Assembly (NCBI GenBank): GCA_013265495.1
Contig: MU063398.1
Span: 1,116,001 to 1,180,000 of the forward strand
DNA: 64,000 nt
Reading direction: 5' to 3'
Origin: Vicugna vicugna
Lineage: Eukaryota
This document shows positions 1 to 12,940 of the stretch, piece by piece. The position numbers were made by a program, and so were the translations under genes. Under the pieces are notes generated by a model that made no database searches, had not been told where the DNA came from, and saw only the letters and a program-made list of their open reading frames with translations. Position 1 is the stretch's first letter; each line of letters starts with the position of its first letter.

Positions 1-1039
1 ATGGAATGGCAGTTTATCAAGTGGATTCAGCAGTTCAGGGTCATGTTTACGAGTGTTGGATGGACTTCTCTTAACTCTCAGATCGCGAGTAAGTTGTCAG
101 AGGCACCCCTGTGGCTCAGAGCATGCTGGTGGAAAAGTCTCGAAATGACTTTTTTTTCTGGCAGTTGATTTTAGGGGGCATTTCAGCTTGGAGAGTCTGG
201 AGAGGACTCTGAGTGACAGACAGATGGGTGGTACCAACTCACGTAGCACATGTTTACTGAGCATCTCCTGAGTGTCCAGCCTTCAGTTTCCTTTCTCTGC
301 CTTCAGTCGCTTCCCCTACCCTGGGTGGGAGCAGTAGAGTCGATTCTAGGAGATGAGCCACCAGGGATGTGAGGCTGAAACAGAGATGTTCCTCAGATGG
401 CCTTTTCTTCCTTAGACTGAGTTTTCCTTCTTTTTTCAAATTTCAAAGTCATTGATGTTTCATTTGTGGATAGCGTCTCTGTAACCAAGGCTGGTCGTAG
501 TTTACAAAAATGAACAGGACACAGTGCCTGTCTCTCGGGAGTTCCCGGCCTCGAGGGTGAGGTGGACATGTTCGTTATGATCATTAGGAAACAGGGTTGA
601 AATGCCAGGAGTGCTGACGACGTAGAGTTAAGCCTGCCTCGTGGAGTCCTAGCACTGTGTCTTTAACAGCACTTCTGCAGAGTTTGGGCACCTCCCTGGA
701 GCTTCTACAATGTTCGCCCCCTTTTCTTTGGGATTGTTAAGAGATGATGCTTGGAAATTTCTTTTGTAGACTTCCCATCCCTCTTGAAGCTCTAGACATC
801 AGAGGAAATGGATCTGTTCTCACCCAGGGTTTTGAGGATAAAAGATATTGGACATGTCCAAAATAGATACACTCTTAAGATTCTTCTTTACCTCATTCAA
901 GTAGAGTTCTTTTGGTTTGGACTCTTCTCCACAGATTTTCCCATTCTTTTCTAGCAGTTGCCATCAAATAAAAAAGTAAAATGTTGGTGGCATTTGGACT
1001 TGTGCTGTGTCGCCTTCTGCAGCCTGGTGGCTTGGAGAG

Positions 1040-1200
1040 CACACGGTATCCCACGTCAGTCTGGGATCAGATTGGTCCCTCACTGTCACGTGACCTCTCT
1101 AAGCCTCAGTTTCTCTGTCAGTAAAATTCAGCCAGTAATACTGACTGGTAGAGTTGCTTTGAGGATTAAATATAAAAATCAGGTTCAGTGCGTCTAGTGG
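1040..1200 (+). mobile_element. MIR SINE fragment
   Basis: MIR core gtgacctctctaagcctcagtttctctgtcagtaaaat...gttgctttgaggattaaat. Confidence 0.7.
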
Positions 1201-2825
1201 GCAGGAGATTCCTTCGTGCTTTCTTTTCTCCCTTGTGCCCTGATTTCCTTCGGAGGAGTGAGCGCCCCACCTTTGCTTGCTGTCTCAGTGTGGGAGTAGG
1301 TGGAAGTACTCTGCCCTCCTTCACCCCGGGGAGGCGGCGTTGACCTGAGCCAGGGCGACTGGGGCTTTAACTCAGGAATTAAATACGAATGGCGGAAATG
1401 CTTGAGAGGCCATTGTTGTCGGGGTCCTCATGCCTCTCCCTATGTTCCCGTGTGAATTTGCCAGAGCTGTTCTGCTTCCAGTTCCTCCCCTCAGCTGGAT
1501 TCTCCCACTTTCCTGACTGTTTGCAGTAATCCCTTTGCAGCTCAGGTTAGACTGTTTTTCTGTTCCTTATGTCCAGAGCACCTTAGCTTATAGGAAGCTT
1601 TGTGAATGCCTACGATCCATAAATGCCATTTCCCTTCACTTCCCTCCCTCTCTCTGCATGCCAGGGCTCCTTTATCCCGCCTTCTCCATGCTGCCCTAAG
1701 TCTTAATCACAGCCCCCGCCCCGCTGTGCGCGCACCGGCGCGCCCTGTGCTTCGGTGCTGCCCATCCGTCCTCTGCACACAGATCGCTACTTCCTCCGTG
1801 TGCTAGGACTCAGCTCGCTGTGGATTGATTTTTCAAATTATAGGATACTTATCATTTATAGTCCCTGAATTTTGGCTCATGGGTGAAATAAATGTGTATC
1901 AGTAGCATTTATTCTCATTATAATGGCAGAGTTACTATTAATGGAAAAGAAAGCTTAAGCGTCAAGCTGGTAAAAAAAATACATTCATAATCACATGCTG
2001 TGGATAACTGTGAGTGTGACCATCATTTTAATAAAATGTAAAAGTTCCTGAAGCAGCCGGGACCTTGGGAGCAGTTACACTACCAGCACTGGCTTCCTAA
2101 ATTGGCACCAGTGGATTCCAGCACTGGGTGTATCTGGGAATCATTTTTATACAGAAGGAAAACAAGCTTTTAAATAAAAGCCTGGGTTCTGTGTAAGGAC
2201 TCAGGATAAAGAATTCTGAGCTGAAATCTACATGTAAACTGCAGCTCAAAGTGGCAAGTATGATACGAGTTTGTTTGTGTTTTTTAATGTTACACGATGA
2301 TTGAAACCAGGCTCTCACCTCGCAAGGGAAAAAAGTTTGCTCACGATGCAAAACTGGGTGTTCAAGTGCTTGTTATATGTGAATGGAAACTGGTAAGAAG
2401 TTCTCCTTTCTGGAGTGACAAGGTCATTCCCACTATGCTGTGAATGGCTAACAAGGCCAAGCCCCCAAGGCCAAATCTTTTTATCATGGAAAAGGTACAA
2501 AACTGGAGGATTTTCAATCGGCCTCCAAATACCCATCATCTGGCTTCAACAGTTAGGAACTCCTGGCCAGTCTTGTTTCATCTGGATCCCCTCTCCAGTC
2601 TCTTGTGGTATTTTGAAGCCACCCTGAGGTTTTGTATCATTCCATTCCCAAGCATTCCAGGATATATCTGTAAAAGATGAGAGCTCTTAAAAAAACAAAA
2701 CAAAAGCACAATACCATTAAAAAAAAAAACCTTATCAAGGAGGTCCATGCCAGTCCCAGTGACTCTCAGGCTGGAATATCAGAGAGAGGCTTCTTCTAAC
2801 AGAGCACCTTTTAGGAGGCCCAAGA

Positions 2826-3619
2826 AACCCAAGTCCAATGTGTGTGTGTGTGTGTGTGTGTGTGTCTGTGTGTGTGTATGTATCTGGGCTTCCCTACGCC
2901 AGCAGAGTGAGAATTCAGCTGAATTCCGACACCGCCTACTCAGAGATAGAACCAGATTTCGTGGGTAGAGGGCCAGTCCCACCAGACCACACTCCACTTC
3001 AGATTGTTACCTGTGCTTCTGACTGACTGACTGACTTGACTATAAACCAGAGGTTCTCAAGACCGCCTCCTTGAGTTTGATTAATTCGCTAGAGCAGCTC
3101 ACAGAACTTAGAGAAAGATTTTACTTCCTAGATCACTGGTTTGTTGTAAAAGGATCTAAGTCAGGAACAGCCAGATTGGAGAGATGCTTAGGACAAGTTG
3201 TGGGGGAAGGACGCGGGGCATTCACACCCTCTCGGGCCACATCGCTCTTCCCAGACCTCCCCGTGTTCACCAACCCAGAAGTGTTCCGAACGCTGTCCTG
3301 TCCATAAAAATGGAAGCTTCATCACAGAGGCAAGATTGATCACATCATGTGCCATTGGTGACTGACTCTACCTCCAGCCCCTCTCCCCTCCCCAGAGGCT
3401 AGTGGGTGGGACTGAAAATTCCAGCTCTCTCATCATGTGGTTGGTTCTCCTGGCAACCAGCCCCCATCTTTGGGTGCTTCCAAAAGTCACCTCATTAACA
3501 TAACAAAAGACATCTCTATCACTCTCAACGCTTAGGAAATTCTGAGGATTTTGGGAGCTGTGAGCCCAGAACTGTGGCCCAAGACTAAATACCTATTTCT
3601 TACAAATCACAGTATCACA
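2826..3619 (-). mobile_element. MER21-family solo LTR (ERV)
   Basis: Reverse complement starts TGTGATACTGTGATTTGTA and follows the recalled MER21 consensus (gggaggggagaggggctggag; ctaagttctgtgagctgctctagc; cagaagcacaggtaacaa). Confidence 0.8.
2839..2880. repeat. (TG)n microsatellite
   Basis: Run of TG dinucleotides with two interruptions. Confidence 0.95.
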
Positions 3620-3924
3620 GGGCCCCTGCTCCCTGTTCCCCGCCTCACTTTCCTGCCGAAGGAACCTTGGCACCTGGTTCACGCGAGGTGTCCAAGCCCA
3701 GGTCTTCGTCCCCTCTACCTGGCTTTCTACATTAATTCCAGTTACTGTCAATCACAGCCCTGCCACCAGCACGGCTACACTGATTCTTGACAATAGCGCA
3801 GGTTGGAGACAAGGGGATGTGACCACCACGTGCAGGTTTCCAGGCGTCCATGGTGCCCTTGTGTATGAATGAACTAATGAAGATCACAGGCAGCTCCAGT
3901 ACTTTTTTCAAAACATATTTTTAT

Positions 3925-4800
3925 TATGGATACTTTGGAAGAATAGAAGACTAGAATGAGCTTTCTTGTACCCATCACCCAGTTGCAGTGGCTGCCAACT
4001 CATGGCTAGTCTCACTTTGTCCATCATCTTCCTGCTTCCACAGCTTCTCATGGTATGTTGAAGCCAGTCCAAAGCACAGCACGGGTTTTCTCCCAAGGTA
4101 TTTTGGAACAGATCTCTAACGAAACAGAGGGGCCCTCCTATTTTGTCAAAGAAAAAGAATCCTCCCAAAAAGAAAAAAAAAGTCCTATAATATCACACCT
4201 AAAAATTAGCAACAGCTTCTTTTACAAAGTTTTCTATTTATCTTATTTCATTCTTTTAAGATTCCATTTTATGTATGTTTTGTAATACAAATAACACTTA
4301 GGAATTCAATAGCATGCGTATGTAATTTGTGAGTAGTAAATATATATATGGGGAGCTGATGCTAAAGATTTTTTCAGTGGCGAAGCAGTAATTTCTTAAC
4401 ATTACCAGATATTTGGTGAGTGTTCCCATTTTCAGTTCAAACAGAGGTTTGAAGAAAGTTCCAAATGAGGTCCATCCACACTTCGTGATGGGTTAAAAAG
4501 CTCTTAAGTCTTTTACATCTGGTTTCACATCTCTATCTTCCCTTTTCTCCATTTCTTCTTGTAATTTATTAATTAGTAATATATTAATAAATTAGTTGAA
4601 GAAACTGGATTGTGGGTCCTGGAGAGTTTCTCCCACCAGTGTTTTATGAGGTATTGTGTGCTTGATGCTCTGTGACCTCCTAGACTTTTGGTGATACTTA
4701 CTGGAAAAAAAAATTCACGCCAAACCTCGATGGTACCTATGTTAACATCCATTAGCCGAAGTCGAGGGTTTATTCTGTTTTTAGGTCCTCTGCTAATTGC
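3925..4800 (-). mobile_element. Old L1 3' region (L1MC4/5-like), interrupted around 4290-4420
   Basis: gtacccatcacccagttgcag...gccaactcatggctagtct and cacacctaaaaattagcaac match the L1MC 3' UTR in antisense; related copies at ~41935, ~52690 and ~54170. Confidence 0.65.
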
Positions 4801-4825
4801 ATTGCAGGGGATTGTCTAATGTTTG

Positions 4826-4950
4826 CTGCATCCTCCCAGATGGGGAAACTGAGGCTTGGAGGTGATAGGCCACCTGCCCAAGGTCACGGGGCTTGTATGG
4901 GTAGAACCAGGATGTGACCCTGGCTGTCTGACTCCAGAGCTGGTGCTCTT
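4826..4950 (-). mobile_element. MIR SINE fragment
   Basis: cagatggggaaactgaggc...cccaaggtcac...ctgactccagagctggtgctcttt. Confidence 0.8.
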
Positions 4951-6074
4951 TCCATCAAGCCTGGCTGGAGACAGGGCCCAGGCCTTCCTGGCTGGCTGGC
5001 TTTGCTTTTAACTCCAAGAGGAGGCGGGGCGATGGAAGCCATGAGCAGCCTGCTAGCTGTTAGCTCGTCAGGCCCGAGGGAGTTATGGAAGGGATAAGGA
5101 GGGGCGGTAGAGATACAGCCGAGCTGACAGACAGGGTACCTGCTGTAAGCCTTACCGACATAAGCAAGCCCGAGTGCTTGCCCAGATGGCAGGCCTATCC
5201 TGATGCCTCCTGAGCTCATCAGAGGTCCCCAGCCTGCTCCTGGGTGCGGAGGTGACCTGCCCAGGGTAGCAGAGGAAAAGGTTCCTCTTTGAGCAGTGCC
5301 CCCTTCTCACCAGGTGGGCCTTCTTTCTTTCCTCCCCGGCCCCCGGCCCTTCCTCACGTGTTGCACTCTGCAGGGCGTGCTCAGCTGCAGGTGACAGTCG
5401 TGCTCCTGTGCAGACCTGCCCACGCTCACGTGTTAGCGCTCGTCCTTGCCCATCTTCTGGTTTCTCTTGTAGACCTCTGGGCATCTCTCTTCCCGTCTCA
5501 TGGTGGGGTCACCGCCCTCCTTTGATGATGAGACCACAGGCCCTGCTGTTTGCTTGGTGTCTCCACCCCAGGAGTTCTCCTCAGCGTCCATTCCTATCAC
5601 AGCCTCATTTCTGGTGTGTCTCTAGAGTCCGGAGCACTGGAAATTGAACAGATGAACTTCCTTAGAGAGACACTTGGAAAATGATCCACTACTCCTTTCT
5701 GGGCGATGGATAAAAATACTTGTAATTATGGTGGCTGGTTTTCAGCTTTTCAGACCCACACTATTTTGGGTCTGTTTTATATTTGCTTTCTTCCTGGAGG
5801 CAGGAAGGAGCTTCTTGAAGCTGCTTCTTGGGCCCCCAGAAGGAGTTGTCTGGTCTCAGTGGAAGTGGGTGCATCGTCCCATAGGGTTGGGACGTGTTCT
5901 GGATGTGCCAGGTGAAGGGACAGGGCTGTGTGAGCCCGGCCCACCGGTAACATCTAGGGCTTTTCACTAACAATGTGGAGCTACAGAAGCTGGGGGTGCG
6001 AGGGAGCTGCCAGGGCAGGGAGGTGGGGGAGGAAGGCGGTGGGTTAACGCGCGTGGGTGGAATAATGGAAACTA

Positions 6075-6350
6075 CCCCAGGCCTGGTCAGCTTGCACTGT
6101 TTTCCTGCTTAAAACTCCAGCGGCTCCCCTTTGACCTTGGAGTCATTTAAACATAAACCATTTTTTATATATTAATGTAAGAGCCCACACACTGTGGCTC
6201 TTACCTTCCTCCTCAGTCTTACTTCTCACTTCACCGTGAGCTTGTTTCAGTTTTCAGATGTGCACAGTCACACTCACCCTCAGACCTTTCCACAGGCTCA
6301 GAACCTGTTCTTTCTCCACGTTTTCTCTTCTCCCCATTTTCCCAGGCTGA
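6075..6350 (+). mobile_element. L2 LINE fragment
   Basis: Pyrimidine-rich L2 3' region motifs (cttaaaactccagcggctcccct; cagacctttccacaggct). Confidence 0.55.
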
Positions 6351-6667
6351 CTTCGTCTGAGCTTTCAGGTCTCATCCTAGAAGGCCTCCCCGACCAGCCC
6401 TGTGCCCCTCAGAAGGCTGGGTTCAGCTGGCCCCAGGTGTCCGGGTGCGCCCGCGCCCCAGCTCCTCCTCCGGCCTGTGCGCTGCCAAGTGTTCGTTTGT
6501 CTCGTCTAGGCTTGTCTCCCTCGCTCTTCTCCGCCTCTCCCTGTGCTGTGGGCTCTGTGATGGCAGCTCTCCAGTTGTCCTGTTCACCGTTGTCGTCCCT
6601 GCATCTACTGTGATCCCTGGCACCCGGCTGGAGCTTATATCATTTTGGAGTCTTTAGGTTGTAGGTG

Positions 6668-7085
6668 ACAGTGTGGTGTGGCTGAGGTGGTGCTGTCTCA
6701 TTTCTCTCTCCCTGGACAAGCAGAACTGGTGCGTTTCCCTGTCTCCCATAGGTTAGGTTGAGACCATGTGACTTGCTCTGGCCAGCGAGCTATAAGCAGA
6801 AGTGACGAGCGCCAGCCAAGGCTGAAGCATAGAGGAGTTGCTGTGAATTTTCTCTGTTCTCATTCCCCTTGCCATGGTGACCCTGGAAGCCATGTGTTCC
6901 ATGTGGCATAGCAACAGGGTGACACTAGCCTGGATCCCCAAGTCACCACTTAGAAGGGAGTGGTCCTGTCATGCTGCTGGGCCCACTACAAACCTTGTGA
7001 GAGCAGAAATAGACCTTATCTGCTCAGCCACTGAGATACCAGGGTTTGCCTGTTATTATAGCAGAGCATAGCCTGCCCTGATTGT
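6668..7085 (+). mobile_element. MLT1 (MaLR) solo LTR, older subfamily
   Basis: ccatgtgacttgctctggccagcgag...agcagaagtgac; gagcagaaatagacctt...agccactgagata...tgttattatagcagagcatagcctgccctga. Confidence 0.8.
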
Positions 7086-7479
7086 GCCCAGAAAGAATTT
7101 CATGACTGAAGGGAGAGTTTGGCTTTAGGTATGGCTGAATCTTGGGATGTGAGCTCTGTTACCCAGCTCCTGTCTCCCTCTCTGGCCCTTGCCTCTACTG
7201 TGTCTGGACTGATGTCATTTTTGGTGGGTTTATCCTTCCTGGTCACAAATGTCTGTGATAACCCCTGGGCAGATAGTTTTTCTTCTAGGTTCACATTCAG
7301 AGGAAGAAGAGGAGTCTCTTTCTTCACGCCTGGGATAAGCCTTGAGATCCTGCCAATAGAGTGAACTTAGGTCCACCTCTCCCTTTTCAGCCAATCTCAG
7401 GATCCCACTCGTGTGCCAAGGCTAAGAGAAGAGCTCCGTTCAGATGTGGGGAAGGAAGGCTGGGGAGGGGGTGAACACA

Positions 7480-7625
7480 GATGAACACTGAGACTTTTGC
7501 TAGGCTGGAAGTGGATGCCCTGGTGGCAGACGACCAAGGCCCACCTGCGTGTTCAGGGAGTGTTTGAATGCATGCGTGGATGAATGAATGAATGAATGAG
7601 CGAACAAATAAATGAATGAATGCTG
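7480..7625 (+). mobile_element. L2 3' end with (TGAA)n tail
   Basis: gtgtttgaatgcatgcgtggatgaatgaatgaatgaatga. Confidence 0.6.
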
Positions 7626-8759
7626 GATTAGTGAATACTTTGATGAATCACCCTCTCTCTTGCCTCAAGGGGCTTGAAGCCTGGTAGGTGAGTTAGCTTC
7701 ATAAAACAGTAATTTATAGCAGCAAGTGATCGGTGAAGCCCAAGAAACATTGGGAAGAGGGGAATTAACTCAGATCTTGTAGTGGAGGTGACATGATTTA
7801 CGGTGTCTCCGAGAAGATATGCAGAAATGTTCATTTCTAAGTGGGTTAAACTAGCTGGGTTTTGAAGGCAGAATAAGAACTTGCCAGAGAGACAGGGAGG
7901 GAAAGGGCAGTCCAGGTGGCAGGAACAGCATGTGGCAAGGTTTGACTAAGTTGTTGGGAGGCAACTGCCCAATACCTGATAGAATGAGACAGAGGAGGAC
8001 GTCTTCTGATTTTGTTTCTATTGACTCTGTCCACTTACCATTCCTATTAGAGTCTTTTCGGTTTCAGATGCTACAATTAATGTTTGTTTTTCTGCAGGTG
8101 GTACAATTGGAAAGCTTTCTCTTTCCTCTGCTTTTTCCTGTCCGATTCTCCCTGACACAGACACACGTGGACTGCTGCACCTCCCACCCCCTCGCCACTC
8201 TCAGGCTTTTGATAGAAATTCCCTTCTAAAGCCTAGCCAGCCATTTCTGACTTGTTCAGGAAGGTGTCGTTTTGTGGGTCAAGCCCGTGGTGCTGAGAGA
8301 CTTCTGCTTCTTAAAAGAAGGCTCTGCAGTTTGGTCCTCAGGGATGGCACCTGAAGACTTCCAGCCTGAAGATCTGTAGCAGATTTGCTTGGGTGTGATT
8401 GGGAAACACCTTGTGAAAAACGTTGCCTGAGGGTGCCTGTCATTTTAAAGGTGGCCCTTGATATGCGATCATCGGACTTAGGACCTTACCTCCCATAGCC
8501 TGATGTTCTTGTTTGTTTTATTTAAAGGATCTCAACTCTTCTGTCACCTGCCTGTTCTCTTGCGTTGAAGGGCTGACACAAAGCGCAGTGGCCCTGGTGT
8601 TAGGTTTGCAGAAGCCATGGTTTGACTACCCCTGTCCAAGCCTGTATGTAAGAATTGCTGCTAACATCTCTCTTACATGTCTTACATGGAATGAGTAGAA
8701 CCTTTCCCCAAAGTGGCTCATTCACCTAGAAATGAATGAATACATGAATAATTGTGAGA

Positions 8760-8960
8760 TATAAATGAATACAGTTGATACCGTTTAATAAGTACATGCT
8801 ATGTCAAAAACTAGGTGGCAGCATCGCATGCACCCTCTCATTTAATTCTCACACCAACAGGTCAGGAAGCTGAGGCTCAGAGAGGGTGAATAGAATAACC
8901 TGAGTCACACAACTGAGAAGTGGTCGAACTGGTATTTGGAGCCGGTTCTGATGGTTGCAT
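8760..8960 (-). mobile_element. MIR SINE
   Basis: catttaattctcacaccaac...ggaagctgaggctcagagaggg...gagtcacacaactgagaagtgg. Confidence 0.7.
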
Positions 8961-10805
8961 TGGCTGTGATCCTGTCACCTGGCCATTCAGACAGGGCCTT
9001 CGTTTACCGAGGTGTCGCTGTGGGATGTCACGGCCCTCATTGGAGGTGAAGCTTGCCGTTTCTATTTCCCAACACAGTTTATGGCTGTCTTCTAGGAGAA
9101 AGCTCTTCCAAAGCTTGAAAGAGACTTGAAATTGGACCTGGAGCAACTTGGGGGTTTTGTCGCTTCTCCTGGCTCATTGCATTACAAATTATCAATCGAA
9201 TGAGTTCTGTAGCCTGGCATTATAATAACGTGCTTTGATCCAACAGCTCTGTAGGAAGAATAGGTTGAACATTTAAATTTAATCCACTTTGGGGGCACGT
9301 TTGAGTGGATTACAAAAATGGAAAGCACAGAGAACCCTTTCACTCAGTTCACTTTGAGCCGCTCTGTTCTTCTGGGCAGGTGTCTCTTCATGATGGTTCA
9401 GATCCTTGTCAGGCTGCCTGCTTGCCTCTGTTCAGCCCCGAGACGCCGCCAGGCGTTTTTCTGAGCACTTTATCTCACTTGATCCTCCAGGTCACTCGAA
9501 GTGATGGTATTACTCTTATCTCCGTCCTGTAGGGGGGGAAACTGAGGCGTGCTGAGGTGACTGGTGTGTGAGGTCACACAGCTGCTGTGGCAGAGCTGGG
9601 AGTGAAATTCCAGGCCTGACAGCTTTCTGAGAACCTGCCTTTTCAGACCCCTGACCCTGCCTCCCCCTCCTCCCAACCTCAGAACTTTTACTTGCCGAGC
9701 TGTCCACAGCTCTTAGTTGTGTTTTTCAGAAAACAACCCTGTCTCACAGCTTGCTTTGGGCTAGTTTTTCCCCATTAGCATCCCGCTTTTTCCACCGCTT
9801 CCGTTGACGAAGGTAAACTTCACTTCTGTACCCGGTGAAGCGGAGACCTGAATACACTCTGTCTGCTCGGGCTTCCTTGACGTGACTCACAGCTTCCATT
9901 TCAGTCCCCAAACTCAGCTTTGCCAGGCAAGCTGTCAGCCTCTTTCATATGGTGACAGGTACTCCTTAAAAAAAGTTTCTTTCGCCTTCACAGAACCTTT
10001 AAAGTGCCCCAACTCACTGACTTCTTGGGTCATGCAGGCAACTGTGGCCTGCTTTGGGCAAAGAATGATGCTTCTTTTTCAGTGAAGGAGATTGAAATTG
10101 GATTCTTTGGGCTTTTTTTTCTCCCCACACCCTCCAGGTGGTTTAAAAAAGAAATCCATTTTGAACAATGTAAAGACAGAGATGGGAGACCAGTCTTACA
10201 AAATCTTGAAAACTTTTTTCTACAAAGACCAGCTTCTGTGGTCCAGCTCTTTCATTTCCAGATGCCTGAGATGAATGCTTCTGAAAATGAGTCCTTTAAA
10301 TTCCTTTCTTCTCTTCTAAATGAAATGTGTTCTGGGGTAACAACCCAATTCCTACTATGTAGAAATTATTTTCCCTTTGTGAGGAAAAGTGGATTTAAAT
10401 GCAAAAACATTACCTTTCTGTCTCCTTGAAAAACCTTTTCTGCTTTGGTAGCAAAAGGTTGTGCAATTGGTGGAAAATTCCCGCATCCCTTCGCCGTAGC
10501 TCAGGAGGAGAGCAGGTTATCCGTTTCTCCGTAAATAGCGTAAGCACTGCCTTCCCGGTGTTTGAGGTTTGAACTGCTTTGATGGCATATATTTTAGAGC
10601 AAAGTGGTGGTCAATTTGGATGAAAAGTGATAAAAATCGACTGGATTAAATGGGCTGTCAGCAGTTAAAATGCCATTTTCCATCAGAAACTTGGTGCCAA
10701 CAGCCTTTATGTATGTAGGGAAAGAAAGGTAAATTTCCTGCAGTTATTTTTTTTGACACATCAGAATTAGAACTTTTATTTTTGTATAATATTTCACAGT
10801 TTCTA

Positions 10806-11035
10806 GATCATGGATCAGAAAACTTTTTTCTATAAAGGGGCAAATAAGAAGTATTTTAGGCATTGCGGGCCACACGGTCTCTGTCACAGCCATTCACCCC
10901 TGCTGCTGTAGCACCAAAGCAGCCTCAGACAGTCTGTAAACAAGTGGAGCTGGCTGTGTTCTAATAAAACTTTATCAAATCAGGTAGTGGGCCGGAGCTG
11001 GCCAGCAGGGGGTAGTGTGCCAGCCCCTGATCTGG
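10806..11035. mobile_element. MER58A hAT-Charlie MITE
   Basis: aaacttttttctataaaggggcaaataag...attttaggcattgcgggccacacggtctctgtc...ggctgtgttctaataaaacttta; a second partial copy follows at ~11090-11190. Confidence 0.85.
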
Positions 11036-11717
11036 ATGATTTTACCTACCTGATGATGACGGTGGTGGTGAGATCATCACAGTGTGGGTCAGTACCGTGC
11101 CTGCCGTGGGCCAGGCAGGCGCGTTATAGAGGAATAAAGTGCGGCTTAGCTGTGTGCTAATAAAACTTTATTTATGAAAATTTTTATTTCCAAAAAAGCA
11201 AAAGTCAACTTCTACAGTTGAAGGAGACATCCTTCTATATGGCTTGTTGTTGTTGTTATTATTATTATTATTTTGGGCACCGACTGTCATTTTCTGCTTA
11301 TTGTTGTTGCTTGTGTTATCTGCTCTGCTGGCATTTTGGAAACCTTCTGTTCAGTAGTACCTTTTACAAAGCACAGTAGACTCTCTTGGAGCCCCGTTTT
11401 AGGGTAAATACATTTTCAAAGAAATCTCACCAATTTCTAAAAGTTTTCTCAGTTCAGGAGAACCCATTCTTGGCTCTTTAGGACAGTGGCCATTGCACAT
11501 CTCAAGTAATTTGATTAGTTACATTCTCGCATCACTAGGAATAAAAGTAACACACGATCGTTGAAAAAATTACAGGTAAGGAAAACTTAAAAAAAAAAAT
11601 TCACTTGCAGTTCATCCCAGAGAGAATCACTGTCGACACTTTGGAGTCTGTTATGACAACATTTTGTTCCCATAATTATCATATAAATGTAGGTACTATT
11701 GGTCACACACTATCTGC

Positions 11718-11960
11718 TTTTTTTTTAATTGAAGTATAGTCAGTTTACAATGTTGTGTCAGTTTCTGGTGCACAGCATAATGTTTCAGTCATACGTATAC
11801 ATACATGGATTCATTTTCGTATTTGTCATTATAGGTTACTACAAGGTAAACAGTTAAAAGTTTAAACTTGGTAAAACAAGGTAAAAGTTACACAGTGTAA
11901 ACTTGTTTATTTTATGCATAGTAGTTAGTATCTGCCAATTTCCATCTCCCATTTTATCTC
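11718..11960 (-). mobile_element. Young camelid-type L1 3' end (5'-truncated)
   Basis: Poly-T then aattgaagtatagtcagtttacaatgttgtgtcagtttctggtgcacagcataatgtttcagtcat; highly similar to the 3' part of the element at 12532. Confidence 0.85.
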
Positions 11961-12439
11961 TTACTTATTTTTGGCTGGACTGTATTGAGTTTTTCAGACT
12001 TGGGATCATACTCTCTGCAGAGTTTTACAACTTTTTTCATTGAAGTCAGATTCCCACCCTAAAGGCGTTGTCCGCAGTGGGTGGTTGAGTCGCGCCATTT
12101 CTAGTGCGCAGTGTGACCTCCCAACAGGTGGTCAGATTTCCAACTCAACAGCCTTTGAAAGGGTCGGAATCTGCCCTCGGTCAAGAGCACATACATCTTC
12201 CCTCTGGGTTTGTGTTGGTGAGTGTAAGGTCACACTCTGTGCCATCCAGAAGTCTCCCTCCAAAAGCTCATTTGTAAGAAATGGTATTCACACGCACCTG
12301 CCTGAAGGTCGGGTGGTCTGTCCACGTGAGACCCTCTTGTCTTTGGGTCAAGCTAGTTCCTGGGCAGCACATGCAACACGAATCGTCTTTCCACTTAAAG
12401 AAATATTCTTTTACAGTTTACCATGAAGCTGTCAGCCTG

Positions 12440-12940
12440 AGTTGAAGGCTGCAAACCAGCAGCCAGTGACGGCATCTAGCCCAAAGGGGTGTTTTCCTTG
12501 GACATGTAGAGTTGATCTGAATGTTCTTTTTATTTTTTAAATTATTTTTTCAATATATTTTTATTGAAGTACAATCAGTTTATAATGTATCAATTTCTGG
12601 TGTACAGCATAAAGCTTCAGTGATACATGCACATACATATATTCATTTTCATATTCTTTTTCACCATAAGTTATTACAAGGTATTAAATAAAGTTCCCTG
12701 TGCTCTACAGTGTAAACTTGTTTATTGGATTTTTTGAGACTCCTCCTGTATTTCGACACGAGAGACACTCCTGCGGAGTTCAGTAGGTGTTGTGTGCAAT
12801 TCAGTGGGTTTGTAGGTGTAATTCTTGGTGTACCTGTGAGAGAGGGTGAGCTGGGTCTCTCTACTCTGCCATCTCGGCACCTCCCCTGTTCTTTTTAAAT
12901 TGCAACTGACTTGGCCAATGTTAAACTCGAGATTTGAGCC
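12440..12940. mobile_element. MER102-like hAT remnant, host of the mini-L1 insertion (split at 12532-12887)
   Basis: Removing the insertion gives gcaaaccagcagcc...tgttttccttgg...gttctttttaaattgcaactg...aaactcgagattt, like the recalled MER102 consensus; related copy at ~33868-34050. Confidence 0.45.
12532..12887 (-). mobile_element. 356-bp internally deleted L1 (5' UTR head fused to 3' UTR tail) with 9-bp TSDs
   Basis: Minus strand starts AGGGGAGGTGCCGAGATGGCAGAGTAG (L1 5'-end-like) and ends with an L1 3' UTR, AATAAA and an A-rich tail. GTTCTTTTT flanks both sides (12523-12531, 12888-12896). Confidence 0.8.
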
